A stretch of 64,000 nucleotides of DNA, taken from positions 55,358 through 119,357 of the forward strand of contig JBNPEB010000040.1 in the NCBI GenBank assembly GCA_051117335.1, written 5' to 3'. The notes under the pieces were generated by a model that saw nothing but the letters and a program-made list of their open reading frames with translations, had not been told where the DNA came from and searched no databases. Below are positions 37,809 to 47,266 of this stretch, one piece after another. The translations under genes were made by a program, and so were the position numbers. The DNA comes from Elainellaceae cyanobacterium (GTDB taxonomy: Bacteria; Cyanobacteriota; Cyanobacteriia; CAZCXK01). How positions within the stretch are numbered: the first letter of the stretch is position 1; each line of letters begins with the position of its first letter.

Positions 37809-38234
37809 TTGCTCACCGACACCACGCAATCTGGAGGAATCGGCATGCAATCCCCAAGTCGAACCAACCATCAATCCCCACCATCTCTGCCTCCCTCATC
37901 TCGTGCCCCATCGTCGTCAAATTCTTCCCACACAGTTAGCCCCGATATACCTGGTTTCCAGAAAATAGCTCACGCGTGGATTTATCCCCCAGCGGGTTTG
38001 ATTCCGGCACTGGGGGATGCGATCGCCTGGTTGGGGGTTGCCATCGGGCTTCGACTCATTGCCGAATACACGCTGTCTGTCTTACCAGGGCTTTGGGCGA
38101 TCGTGGCGATAATTTTAGCGACTCCAGCTTTGATTGCGATGCGGCTGTCGACTGTATTTCCCCGCCTGAGTTCGATCCTGGTGTATCGGTCGCTGTTATT
38201 CATGTTTGGATTATTAATTGGAGGAAAACTATGA
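37809..38234 (+). CDS. Hypothetical membrane protein (Pro/Ser-rich N-terminus, 3 TM)
   Basis: 141-aa ORF, first gene of a co-directional cluster with overlapping stops and starts. Confidence 0.4.
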   Translation: MLTDTTQSGGIGMQSPSRTNHQSPPSLPPSSRAPSSSNSSHTVSPDIPGFQKIAHAWIYPPAGLIPALGDAIAWLGVAIGLRLIAEYTLSVLPGLWAIVAIILATPALIAMRLSTVFPRLSSILVYRSLLFMFGLLIGGKL

Positions 38235-38291
38235 CGAGCGTTTTACTGGGCACAATCTGGTTAGTGGTCGCCTTGTGCTGTTTGGCGTCGA

Positions 38292-38750
38292 TTGGGGGAG
38301 ACAATCATGATGAAACCCCGTAGTCCTCGTCGGCACCCCGCGCCGCGTCATCCGTCTCGCCGGACGGCCCGCATCAAACAGACCCAGCCCAAAAATATAA
38401 AATATTTGCTGGCGGGTAGTTCAATGTTGGCGGTCGTAGGGCTGTTAGTTGACGTAGGAAATTTTAGACCCAGCCCCCCTCAAGATATTTGCGAAGACAT
38501 CATCCAACCCGAATCGGTGTTGTCTCGAGATGAGCTGTCCCAATTGCTGAGAATTCCGGAGCGAGATTCTAGAGAAGCCGTCCGCCGCGTCGTCAGTGAG
38601 CCTTACTGCCAGATGCCAAGCATCGAAATCCGCTCAGGTGTTTCGGCAGAGCGAGACGCCTATCCCCTGGAGTTTGACCCACAAACGTGGTTGGTCATCC
38701 TCTATGAAGGCGACGAATATGCCGGATATGCCTTCAGTTTTCAGCATTAA
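38292..38750 (+). CDS. Hypothetical protein with N-terminal basic region and single TM
   Basis: 152-aa ORF. The start could be the ATG ATG at 38307. A possible 30-aa hydrophobic micro-ORF (38231-38323, MTSVLLGTIWLVVALCCLASIGGDNHDETP) bridges the two genes. Confidence 0.4.
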   Translation: MGETIMMKPRSPRRHPAPRHPSRRTARIKQTQPKNIKYLLAGSSMLAVVGLLVDVGNFRPSPPQDICEDIIQPESVLSRDELSQLLRIPERDSREAVRRVVSEPYCQMPSIEIRSGVSAERDAYPLEFDPQTWLVILYEGDEYAGYAFSFQH

Positions 38751-38780
38751 CTAGCCCGTTAGCAAAATTATTAGAACACC

Positions 38781-40220
38781 ATGAATCGCGAATTCAGACA
38801 TGTTTCCCTATTTGTGATTACCCTCATGGCCGTGATCGTAGGATTTGCCCCGGTGGTTCAAGCTGCCGAAGGAACGAGAGCGGGCGAGCTAGAGCTGGAT
38901 TTTGACCTTAAACGCGTCATTAGCGATCGCCTGCAGCCAGAGAGTGATGCTGCTGATCTTTCTGAATCCGATATTAAATTGCTGAAGGTTCCTAATCAGG
39001 GCATCAAACCGCCTGTGGGTGTTTCAGGTGAGGACGATTCAGAAGAACTGCCTCCACCGCCAGCAATGAGTGCGATCGCTCCATCGGTAGAGTCTCCAGT
39101 ATTATCCGATTCGGATTCGTTGGATTTGGATTCTTCGGATTCGTTGGATTCGGATTTGCCTGAACCGCTTCAGTTTTCTAATGTTGATGATGAGGATTTT
39201 TCTGAGCAAGACTCTCTCTCAACCGCATCGCCTCAGCATTTAACCCAAGGCGAGCCTCGGGCAGACTCGACATCGTCTCAACGTTTGCGAAGCGGTCAGG
39301 TGAGGATGCCCAATCCATCTGAGCTACGCAGTTGGGAGAATGTAGAGAATCCAGAGGTTAGCCACTCGACCGCATCCTCCCAACCCCGATCATCCGATGG
39401 CATTCTCAACTTCAATCTAGATCGCGATCCAATTTCGCGGTCTAGCTCGTCCCAATCGCTAGCCTCATCTGACGTATCTTCTATTCCAAGCGCCTCGTCA
39501 CTATCTGCTTCGATGCGCCTGCCAAGCGAAATCGAAGACCTGTTTCACGGAGGAATCAATTCGTTAGTTGCGCGGGCTGTCGGCAGCGCAGAGGGGACTC
39601 GGACAGCCGCAGGCGATAAAACACCTGCCTATACGGGGCATGTCGATCCGGGTAACGGCGCCTGGAACATGGGCACCTTCTCCTATCAACACGGCGCAAC
39701 CTCCCCTGAAGACGCCGACGAGCGCCAACTGAATCGGTTGCGTGCTCAGGCTCAACTGCTCGACCAAAAAGCGAAGCTGGCGGGCATTACCTTGGATTTG
39801 GAAGCGCGTCTAAATGGTATTGATTTAGCGAATCAGTCACCGGAAGCAGCCCTGAGCTCAGGCGGATACATCGATCGCCTCAAGCAAGCCTACACCATGG
39901 GGTTGAGTGGTTCAGAGGCGATTTTGTGGGCTCGAACCCGCTCATATCTTGATCCGGATACGCAGCGATGGAATGCGCCGGGGCTTGGCAATACAATCGA
40001 TGGCATTACTGCCGACCAAGAGCGGCGGCAATTGGCGATCGCCCGTGCCATTGAGGCAGAACCCCAAATTTCAGTGAGCGATCGCCCCCTTGAGTTTGAA
40101 AAAGCAGACGATTTCAACGCTCGCGAACGGTCTGGAGCGTCAGGTTCAGATCGGAATTCAAATCAGCAGTCAGAATCAGACTCCATCATTGATCAGATTC
40201 TTTCACTCGATTTGTTTTGA
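38781..40220 (+). CDS. Secreted protein with Asp/Ser-rich low-complexity region and conserved C-terminal domain
   Basis: Signal peptide MNREFRHVSLFVITLMAVIVGFAPVVQAAEG. The SDSDSLDLDSSDSLDSDL region is encoded by short DNA repeats near 39111-39160. The C-terminal ~230 aa are non-repetitive. Confidence 0.55.
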   Translation: MNREFRHVSLFVITLMAVIVGFAPVVQAAEGTRAGELELDFDLKRVISDRLQPESDAADLSESDIKLLKVPNQGIKPPVGVSGEDDSEELPPPPAMSAIAPSVESPVLSDSDSLDLDSSDSLDSDLPEPLQFSNVDDEDFSEQDSLSTASPQHLTQGEPRADSTSSQRLRSGQVRMPNPSELRSWENVENPEVSHSTASSQPRSSDGILNFNLDRDPISRSSSSQSLASSDVSSIPSASSLSASMRLPSEIEDLFHGGINSLVARAVGSAEGTRTAAGDKTPAYTGHVDPGNGAWNMGTFSYQHGATSPEDADERQLNRLRAQAQLLDQKAKLAGITLDLEARLNGIDLANQSPEAALSSGGYIDRLKQAYTMGLSGSEAILWARTRSYLDPDTQRWNAPGLGNTIDGITADQERRQLAIARAIEAEPQISVSDRPLEFEKADDFNARERSGASGSDRNSNQQSESDSIIDQILSLDLF

Positions 40221-40318
40221 TTTTGTTCCGAAATTCTTTCAGTCGGGGTGTATCTCTTTATTAGTCCCCCCATCCCTGCCAACGAGGAGAAGGTAAAAAT
40301 TACCTTCTCCTCAAGGTT

Positions 40319-40612
40319 TTACCGGGTTTGAGAAGGCGGGAATTTTCTGTAAAGCATGGATTTAATCGGGGTTCCCTGTTGTAAATGCCGAATCACAATC
40401 GCCTGAACTTCGTCTGGATTCAGCTTGTGATACCAAATCTCATCAGGCAAAATCAGCACCATCGGACCGTTGCCGCACTGTCCTAAACATCCGGAGGCAA
40501 CAATATCGGTGTTGGGTAGAGAATGATGCTCAAATGCTGCCAGAACCTGTTTAGATCCACTTTTTCGACACGTTTTGTTTTGGCAAACTAATATAGTTTG
40601 GGTCGCAACCAA
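40319..40612 (-). CDS. Thioredoxin-like [2Fe-2S] ferredoxin
   Basis: Cys ligands in CQNKTC ... CLGQCGNGP are characteristic of the NuoE-like 2Fe-2S ferredoxin fold. Confidence 0.75.
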   Translation of the reverse strand: MVATQTILVCQNKTCRKSGSKQVLAAFEHHSLPNTDIVASGCLGQCGNGPMVLILPDEIWYHKLNPDEVQAIVIRHLQQGTPIKSMLYRKFPPSQTR

Positions 40613-40627
40613 GAAAGTCCTCCCTTT

Positions 40628-41611
40628 CTAAATGCTGTCTGGCAATAGGCCTTTTTGAGCTAACCAGTCTCGATTAAAAATTCGAGACTGATACCGGGCA
40701 CCACTATCACACAGCACCGTGACGATTGTGTGTCCGGGTCCCATTTCTTTGGCAAGGGCAACCGCCGCACCCACGTTAATACCGACGGATCCCCCCATAA
40801 ACAGACCATCCTCGTACAGCAACTGATAAATGACCCGGATTGCTTCTTGATCATCAATCTGAATGGCATCGTCAATTGGGGCACCATCCATATTGGCCGT
40901 AATCCGGCTATTCCCGATTCCTTCGGTGATTGAGTTGCCCTCTGTGTTGATTTCACCTGTTTTGATATAGCTGTATAAGCCGCTGCCCATCGGGTCTGCC
41001 ACGATAGACTTGACGGTCGGCTTTTTTTCTTTGAGAAACATCGAAACTCCTGCAAAGGTTCCACCTGTGCCTGTCGCCGCGACCCAGGCATCAATCGTTC
41101 CGTCGGTCTGTTCCCAAATTTCATGCCCCGTGGTTTCATAGTGAGCCCGACGATTGGCCAGATTATCGAACTGGTTTGCCCAAATCGCGTTATCCATCTC
41201 CTCCGCGATGCGGCCTGATAGTTTGACATAGTTATTCGGATCGCGATATGGAACGGCTGGCACAGGGCGCACTTCTGCTCCTAGCGTTCGGAGCATGTCC
41301 ATTTTTTCTTGAGACTGGGTTTCTGGGATGATAATCAAACACCGATATCCTTTGGCATTGCAGATGTGAGCCAAACCGATACCGGTATTTCCTGCTGTCC
41401 CTTCTACGACGGTTCCACCCGGTTTCAGAAGACCTCGTTCTTCAGCATCTTTGATAATGTAAAGCGCGGCTCGATCTTTAACAGAACCGCCCGGATTCAG
41501 AAACTCGGCTTTTCCTAGTATTTCGCAGCCTGTCTCGTGGCTAAAGCTATTGAGTCGGATGAGTGGCGTATTGCCAACGGTGCCAACAAACCCGTCTTTG
41601 ATATCTACCAT
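40628..41611 (-). CDS. cysK: Cysteine synthase A (O-acetylserine sulfhydrylase)
   Basis: PLP-lysine context NPGGSVKDRAALYII. GTAGNTGIGLA and TGGT motifs. 327 aa. Confidence 0.85.
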   Translation of the reverse strand: MVDIKDGFVGTVGNTPLIRLNSFSHETGCEILGKAEFLNPGGSVKDRAALYIIKDAEERGLLKPGGTVVEGTAGNTGIGLAHICNAKGYRCLIIIPETQSQEKMDMLRTLGAEVRPVPAVPYRDPNNYVKLSGRIAEEMDNAIWANQFDNLANRRAHYETTGHEIWEQTDGTIDAWVAATGTGGTFAGVSMFLKEKKPTVKSIVADPMGSGLYSYIKTGEINTEGNSITEGIGNSRITANMDGAPIDDAIQIDDQEAIRVIYQLLYEDGLFMGGSVGINVGAAVALAKEMGPGHTIVTVLCDSGARYQSRIFNRDWLAQKGLLPDSI

Positions 41612-41696
41612 GCCGTCTTCCTAAGTTCTTGTCCTGCCAAAATTCTAAAGCGTTGTCTTTACCTAAGGTGCATTTACTATAGCAATCCCATATGGG

Positions 41697-41772
41697 TTGT
41701 GAGCGGTGGGGCGCGCGTCGCCCGCCCCACCGCTCACACACAATTCACAAGCGATTTAGGATCGCTATAGAC
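41697..41772. repeat. Dyad-symmetry repeat element, copy B (terminator-like, 3' of peroxiredoxin gene)
   Basis: GTGAGCGGTGGGGCG-cgcgtcgcc-CGCCCCACCGCTCAC (15-bp perfect stem), followed by ACACAATTCACA and a second hairpin AGCGATttaggATCGCT, then ATAGAC. Confidence 0.6.
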
Positions 41773-41878
41773 AAATGAAATCTGCAATTTATGCAAAAAG
41801 CCCGATGGAGCTGAGCGAATCGTCCCATCAGGCTTATGCATTCAGGTGTCTGACGTCAACCCTCTGACTTCAACTTAT

Positions 41879-42517
41879 TTACTTGTTAGGTTGAGGTGTC
41901 ATGCGGAGATACGACTTCACCTCGGTGTAGCCTTTAGGAAACTTTTGCTTAATTTCATCTGGATCTTTGATGGAGGGCACAATGACGCAGTCGCCTCCAT
42001 CTTGCCAGTTAGCAGGAGTTGCCACGCTATAGTTGTCAGTCAGTTGCAGTGAGTCGATGACGCGAAGAATTTCATCAAAGTTGCGTCCGGTGCTGGCAGG
42101 ATAGGTCAAGTTGAGACGCAGCTTTTTGTTGGGATCAATGATGAATACGGTTCGTACGGTCAAGGTATTGCTGGCGTTGGGGTGAATCATGTCGTAAAGG
42201 TCAGATACCTTGCGATCGCCATCTGCCAGAATCGGGTAATTTAGCTGGGAGTTCTGAGTCTCTTCAATATCTTTGATCCAGCCCATATGCGATTCGATAT
42301 CGTCCACGCTCAGCGCGATGGCTTTCGCATTCCGCTTGTCAAATTCGGGCTTCAGCTTTGCGACCGTGCCAAGCTCAGTCGTGCAGACGGGAGTAAAGTC
42401 AGCCGGGTGAGAAAACAACACAACCCAGCTATCGCCTGCCCAGTCATAGAAGCTGATATCACCCATGGACGACTTTTGGGTGAAGTTGGGTACCGTATCT
42501 CCTAATCGAAGTGCCAT
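41879..42517 (-). CDS. 1-Cys peroxiredoxin (Prx6-like)
   Basis: Peroxidatic Cys context HPADFTPVCTTELG. 212 aa. No resolving Cys in the typical 2-Cys position. Confidence 0.85.
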   Translation of the reverse strand: MALRLGDTVPNFTQKSSMGDISFYDWAGDSWVVLFSHPADFTPVCTTELGTVAKLKPEFDKRNAKAIALSVDDIESHMGWIKDIEETQNSQLNYPILADGDRKVSDLYDMIHPNASNTLTVRTVFIIDPNKKLRLNLTYPASTGRNFDEILRVIDSLQLTDNYSVATPANWQDGGDCVIVPSIKDPDEIKQKFPKGYTEVKSYLRMTPQPNK

Positions 42518-43040
42518 AACTTAAATTTCCTCTCTCTAAGATTTCTTGCAGAAATGAGCGGGGCGACTCTCTCCAAACAAGGGTCATCCCTATAATGCCA
42601 TAAACCCCGGTTTTCCGGTCGGAGTTTAGATCTTTATTTGGATTACCGCAGAATCATTGACCTATTAGTTGCCTAAAACTCCTGAAATCAAAGCTGTTGA
42701 GCCTTGCTGAAGAATGCCCGCAGCAGCACCGGGGTTTGCATCAATTTGTCGCTGGTGGGGTCGCCAATTGAAGTCAATAGTCAAATCAAAACTGTATAGT
42801 GTGGCGATCGCCACGCCCCTATTTTTTACATTTTTGTAACAAGATTGACTGAAGCTGAGTTGGGGAACGTGGGTATCGACGACTCAAGAATCCAAAGAAT
42901 CACCTTATAAAAAGATTTGTTAATCAATTAGAGATTTGAGGGGGCGTAGGCTTACTTCGATGATTTAGAGAAATGACGTAGAGAGATGACGTAGAGAATT
43001 GATTCGTCGCAATATCTAAACAATTCTATTAAGGTTTAGT

Positions 43041-43110
43041 TATAGCGATTCTAAATCGCTTATGAATTGTGTTTGAGCAGTGGGGCAGGCGCCACCTGCC
43101 CCACTGCTCA
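43041..43110. repeat. Dyad-symmetry repeat element, copy C (inverted orientation relative to copy B)
   Basis: TATAGCGATtctaaATCGCTTATGAATTGTGTT is followed by the hairpin GAGCAGTGGGGCAGG-cgc-CACCTGCCCCACTGCTC. The flank is the near-exact reverse complement of the copy B flank. Confidence 0.6.
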
Positions 43111-43157
43111 TAACCCATCCAAGATTGCTACCTGTGTCGTGTACGCTGGCTTCCTCT

Positions 43158-43475
43158 ATGCTTGAAAAACTTTTATATACCCTTCAATGGCTCATCCATG
43201 TGATTCAGCCAATCGTTTCACCCGTGTGCTTTGTGCTGGCATGGACGTTGATTTTGCTTGGAGCCTGGAGTGTCTGGTCAGCGCTACGGGATAGCATCTC
43301 AAATGCGAGGCGCATGCATCAAATACCCTGTGCAGACTGTGAGTTTTTTACTAATAGCCACTATCTTAAATGTCCAATTCATCCATCGATTGCTCTTTCC
43401 GAAGATGCAATTGGCTGCACTGATTTTGAGCCAGATACATCATCAGGATATCCGCCCCAAATATCATCTTCGTGA
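43158..43475 (+). CDS. Hypothetical membrane protein with CxxC...C...C motif
   Basis: The ORF-track start (GTG at 43080) lies inside the repeat hairpin. The internal ATG at 43158 (MLEKLLYTLQWL...) is the more plausible start. One or two TM helices, then CADCEFFTNSHYLKCPIHP. Confidence 0.35.
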   Translation: MLEKLLYTLQWLIHVIQPIVSPVCFVLAWTLILLGAWSVWSALRDSISNARRMHQIPCADCEFFTNSHYLKCPIHPSIALSEDAIGCTDFEPDTSSGYPPQISSS

Positions 43476-43684
43476 TACATATTTCGCTCCGATGTTTTGC
43501 CAAGGAATAGCAGTTCCAAATGATTTGTCAAAATCTCCAGTGCGTTTGCTTTAGCCTAGTGCGTTTGCTTTAAAAATGCATGGCGTTAGCGTCTCGTTTC
43601 TCCTCATAGAGAGGCGTTGCCATCGTAGGCAAGATGCCCGCACTCCCGTTTCATGAATAATTTAGGATTGCTATAAATGAATGG

Positions 43685-44074
43685 ATGAAGAGGGAGCAAA
43701 TGCTAATTCGGAAGTTGCATGATTGCGATGAATTTGTAGCGGGTGACGGCACATTTTTAAGAGAATTACTGCATCCAGATAAACAGGCGATCGCTCTACG
43801 ATATAGCCTCGCTCATGCCATCGTGCCGATTGGGCAAACCTCAACACTCCACTCCCTAACAACATCTGAGGTTTACTACATTTTGCATGGCACCGGAGAC
43901 ATGCACATCGATGACGAAATTCAATCGGTCGAACCTGGAGATGCAATTTATATTCCTCCAAATGCCAAACAATTCATCCACAATAGCGGCCCCGATCCGC
44001 TCATTTTTATTTGCATTGTTGATCCTGCGTGGCGACGCGAAGACGAAACCGTCTATCAGAATCCATCTCCTTGA
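43685..44074 (+). CDS. Cupin-domain protein
   Basis: Cupin motifs: G(x)5HxH-like YYILHGTGDMHID, and PGDAIYIPPNAKQFIHNSG. Confidence 0.7.
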   Translation: MKREQMLIRKLHDCDEFVAGDGTFLRELLHPDKQAIALRYSLAHAIVPIGQTSTLHSLTTSEVYYILHGTGDMHIDDEIQSVEPGDAIYIPPNAKQFIHNSGPDPLIFICIVDPAWRREDETVYQNPSP

Positions 44075-44170
44075 CAGTTAGTCTAGATTTTCTAATTTCC
44101 GCCTGATTCTCGTCAAACCGCCAATTCATGCATTTTGCGGCTCATCCAATGGGCAACAAACAAATGAAAT

Positions 44171-44184
44171 GTATCTCGCTATAC
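44171..44184 (+). promoter_or_regulatory. Candidate NtcA-binding site (GTA-N8-TAC) upstream of amt
   Basis: GTATCTCGCTATAC fits the GTAN8TAC NtcA consensus exactly, ~277 bp upstream of the amt start. I could not identify a clean -10 (TAN3T) at the canonical spacing. Confidence 0.35.
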
Positions 44185-44460
44185 AGAATTGAATTCATCA
44201 GAATTGGTGCAATCATTGCTAACGTCTGTTGCTCACCTGATAATGGCTCGACATCAACTTTAGCCGTTACAGCCTTTACAACAGGGCGTTGTGTCGGCTG
44301 ATAGACCACATCTAGAGTAATCCCATACTCTGTTGAGTCGAGTTCTCAATCTCTCTTCCATTGAGGTTGACATCAGTCCTAATCGCTCCTCCTATTCGAA
44401 AGATCCTGACGGCTCAACCTGAGTCGCTAGGTTTGTTTAACTTGATTCAAGGAACGTCCA

Positions 44461-45975
44461 GTGATGATGTCTAAATTAGTGCTCAAAAAGAAAAGGTTGA
44501 AGCGCAGGGGTAGACGAGCCAAGTCAACAGGTTTCGCGTCCCTGTCAACTGTGGATGCTTTTTTTGCAAGATTCGCTAAGTTTTCGCGCTTTCCCACAAG
44601 CTGGCTCGCTAGTATTCCTCTAGCAGTCCTGATTGTTGGAGCGTTCAGTTTGGCAGCTTCTGCTCAGGATGAACCTCTTTCTCCTGAGAGTGTTCAAGCG
44701 GTTCTCGATAATATTTGGGTTCTAGTTGCGGCGGTGCTAGTCATCTTCATGAATGCCGGATTTGGCATGCTGGAGACTGGCTTCTGTCGTCAAAAGAATG
44801 CTGTCAACATTCTTTCTAAGAACCTGATTGTGTTTGCCTTAGCAACTCTCGCCTTCTGGGCGATCGGGTTCTCGTTTATGTTCAATCCCGGCAATGCCTT
44901 TATTGGTGGCGGCGGCTGGTTCCTAACGGGCGATGAGGCTGCATATGGGTTAGACGGAGGCACTCTGACTATTCCCGTATTCTTCCTCTTCCAGGCAGCG
45001 TTTGCGGGCACAGCAGCGACCATCGTGTCGGGTGCCGTTGCTGAACGAGTTCACTTTGTTTCGTTTATCATCTTCAGCCTCTTGTTAACCGGGATCTCCT
45101 ATCCAATCACAGGGCATTGGGTTTGGACTGGGACGGGTTGGCTGGGTGCAGCTGGTTTCTCTGATTTTGCAGGTTCTACGGTAGTTCACTCCGTTGGCGG
45201 TTGGGCTGCCCTCGTGGGTGCGGTGATGCTTGGTCCTCGGATCGGGAAATACCAAAATGGTCAGCCTAATGCGTTGCCGGGTCATAGCTTGAGCCTCGCC
45301 ATGTTGGGATGTTTGATTCTCTGGATCGGCTGGTTTGGATTTAACCCCGGTTCTGAGCTAGCGGCAAGTCCTAACGTTCCATTTATTGCAGTGACCACAA
45401 ACCTCGCAGCAGCAGCAGGTGCTGTCGCTGCAACAATCACGTCTTGGGTCACTTCAGGCAAGCCCGATTTGTCGATGATTATCAACGGCATCTTGGCAGG
45501 TCTAGTCGGTATTACGGCTGGCTGTGCAGGAGTCAATTACTTGGGTGCTGTAATTATCGGTTTGATTGCAGGTATCATCGTTGTCTTCTCGGTTTTCTTC
45601 TTTGACAGCATCAAAGTAGATGACCCCGTCGGCGCCATCTCCGTTCACCTCGTCTGTGGTATCTGGGGAACGTTGGCAGTCGGGTTTTTTGATACTGAGT
45701 CAGGGCTGTTCTTCGGTGGTGGATTTACGCAGTTGGGGGCGCAGATTCTTGGAATCATTGCTATCGGCGCGTTTACCGTCATTCTGGCAGCAATTTTCTG
45801 GTCCATCTTGAAGGCAACGGTTGGCATTCGTGTTTCTGAAGAAGACGAGCTGATGGGGCTGGATGTTGCCGAGCATGGTATGGAAGCTTACAGCGGCTTT
45901 GTGAAGGACGCGAGTGGTGCGGCAGGGAGCACGTCGAATGTCCCTGGTGGATCGGGTATGGCATCTACCCCTTAG
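44461..45975 (+). CDS. amt: Ammonium transporter (Amt family)
   Basis: 11 TM helices. Amt signatures [26 protein letters not shown] and GAVAERVHF. Signal-like N-terminus. Confidence 0.9.
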   Translation: MMMSKLVLKKKRLKRRGRRAKSTGFASLSTVDAFFARFAKFSRFPTSWLASIPLAVLIVGAFSLAASAQDEPLSPESVQAVLDNIWVLVAAVLVIFMNAGFGMLETGFCRQKNAVNILSKNLIVFALATLAFWAIGFSFMFNPGNAFIGGGGWFLTGDEAAYGLDGGTLTIPVFFLFQAAFAGTAATIVSGAVAERVHFVSFIIFSLLLTGISYPITGHWVWTGTGWLGAAGFSDFAGSTVVHSVGGWAALVGAVMLGPRIGKYQNGQPNALPGHSLSLAMLGCLILWIGWFGFNPGSELAASPNVPFIAVTTNLAAAAGAVAATITSWVTSGKPDLSMIINGILAGLVGITAGCAGVNYLGAVIIGLIAGIIVVFSVFFFDSIKVDDPVGAISVHLVCGIWGTLAVGFFDTESGLFFGGGFTQLGAQILGIIAIGAFTVILAAIFWSILKATVGIRVSEEDELMGLDVAEHGMEAYSGFVKDASGAAGSTSNVPGGSGMASTP

Positions 45976-46261
45976 CACCCACTGGTGCTGTTGGTTTGCT
46001 TCTGATTCAGTCTGTTTACCTGGACGCGAGGTAGTCCTGATGGGATAGCACCTAAGGGACTAGCGTCTGATTAGAACGAACTGGTTAGATTAAATATGCG
46101 GCATCCGTTGACATTTCACATGTTCATGGATGACCGCATTTTTTTAATCGCGCAAATTTAATGGTAGATTGCTCCCTATCCAGACTGTAAATTTTTTAGG
46201 ATTCTTTGAAAGAGTGATCTAAACTAATGCACGACTAGCGCACAGTAAGCAGGTAGGTTCG

Positions 46262-47182
46262 ATGAGCGATCGCCATTTGGGGCAAATTAAACGGTCTGCT
46301 GCTCGGTCATTTCGATTTGCCAAGACGTCATCAAAACTGCGCCCGTTACTGAACTGGTGTTTAATCGCCCTCGGAGCCAACGTTGTGCTGCTCAGCGTGG
46401 CGATCGCCCTCTGGCTGAAAGATAGCCATTTTTCTGCGACTCCTGCTAGCTATGCATCTGCGCCTGCTGCTTCGTCTGCCACCCCTTTGCCGATTCAGCC
46501 GTCAATCCCATCGTCAGGCTCCTCCTCATCTAACGAACTAGGACCTCGCCATCAGTTGAATTATCAAGAGTGGGTCATTCTCCTGGAGCAAGAAGCGCAG
46601 GCAGTGGCTGAAGCCGCGCCCGATCATCTCAATATCCTTCTGGGAGATTCACTCAGCCTTTGGTTTCCATTTGAGCTGTTGCCCCCTCAAAAAAACTGGC
46701 TCAATCAAGGCATTTCTGGAGAAATTTCCGCAGGCTTGCTCCAGCGACTTGATGCTATCGAATCGACACAGCCTGAAACAATTTTTGTGATGATTGGCAT
46801 TAACGATTTGCTGAGAAATATTAGCGACGAAACGGTGTTAGCCAACCAAACCTTGATTTTGCAAGAGTTGAGAGCTATGCATCCTGATGCACAGATTGTC
46901 ATGCAATCAATCTTGCCCCATGCGGCAGATCAAGCGACGTGGGAAGGGCGTGAAAATCTGGTGGATATTCCCAATCAGCGCATTCAGGATTTAAATGCTC
47001 GCATTGAGGCGATCGCCCGCCAGAAGGAGGTTTATTTTCTCGATCTCTACCCCCTCTTTAGCGACAGCCAAGGCAACTTGCATCCAGATTTGACCACAGA
47101 CGGCCTACACCTCAACGATCGGGGCTACCTGGTGTGGCGATCGGCACTGTTACTGTATGAGCAATTGGAGTTGGAGAGCTAG
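46262..47182 (+). CDS. SGNH/GDSL-family hydrolase
   Basis: Block I LLGDSLS, block III GINDLL, block V DGLHLNDRGY. N-terminal TM anchor and a Ser/Ala-rich linker. Confidence 0.75.
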   Translation: MSDRHLGQIKRSAARSFRFAKTSSKLRPLLNWCLIALGANVVLLSVAIALWLKDSHFSATPASYASAPAASSATPLPIQPSIPSSGSSSSNELGPRHQLNYQEWVILLEQEAQAVAEAAPDHLNILLGDSLSLWFPFELLPPQKNWLNQGISGEISAGLLQRLDAIESTQPETIFVMIGINDLLRNISDETVLANQTLILQELRAMHPDAQIVMQSILPHAADQATWEGRENLVDIPNQRIQDLNARIEAIARQKEVYFLDLYPLFSDSQGNLHPDLTTDGLHLNDRGYLVWRSALLLYEQLELES

Positions 47183-47266
47183 TTGGCTGATAGCTGATAG
47201 CTGATAGCTGAATTTTTGACAGATCCTTAGCACCTCACACTTTGGTAGGCTAAAAGCAAGTTAATA

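Noticed and set aside
40660-41229. 189-aa minus-strand ORF overlapping cysK in another frame
   Set aside because: Frame-shifted shadow of the well-conserved cysK reading frame.
43080-43157. N-terminal extension of the 43080 ORF (GTG start)
   Set aside because: The extension is encoded entirely by the dyad repeat hairpin (MGQAPPAPLL... translates the GC-rich stem). The internal ATG at 43158 was taken as start instead.
47187-47210. GCTGATA heptamer repeated ~3.5 times just after the GDSL gene stop
   Set aside because: Too short and isolated to call a functional repeat. Probably slippage noise.
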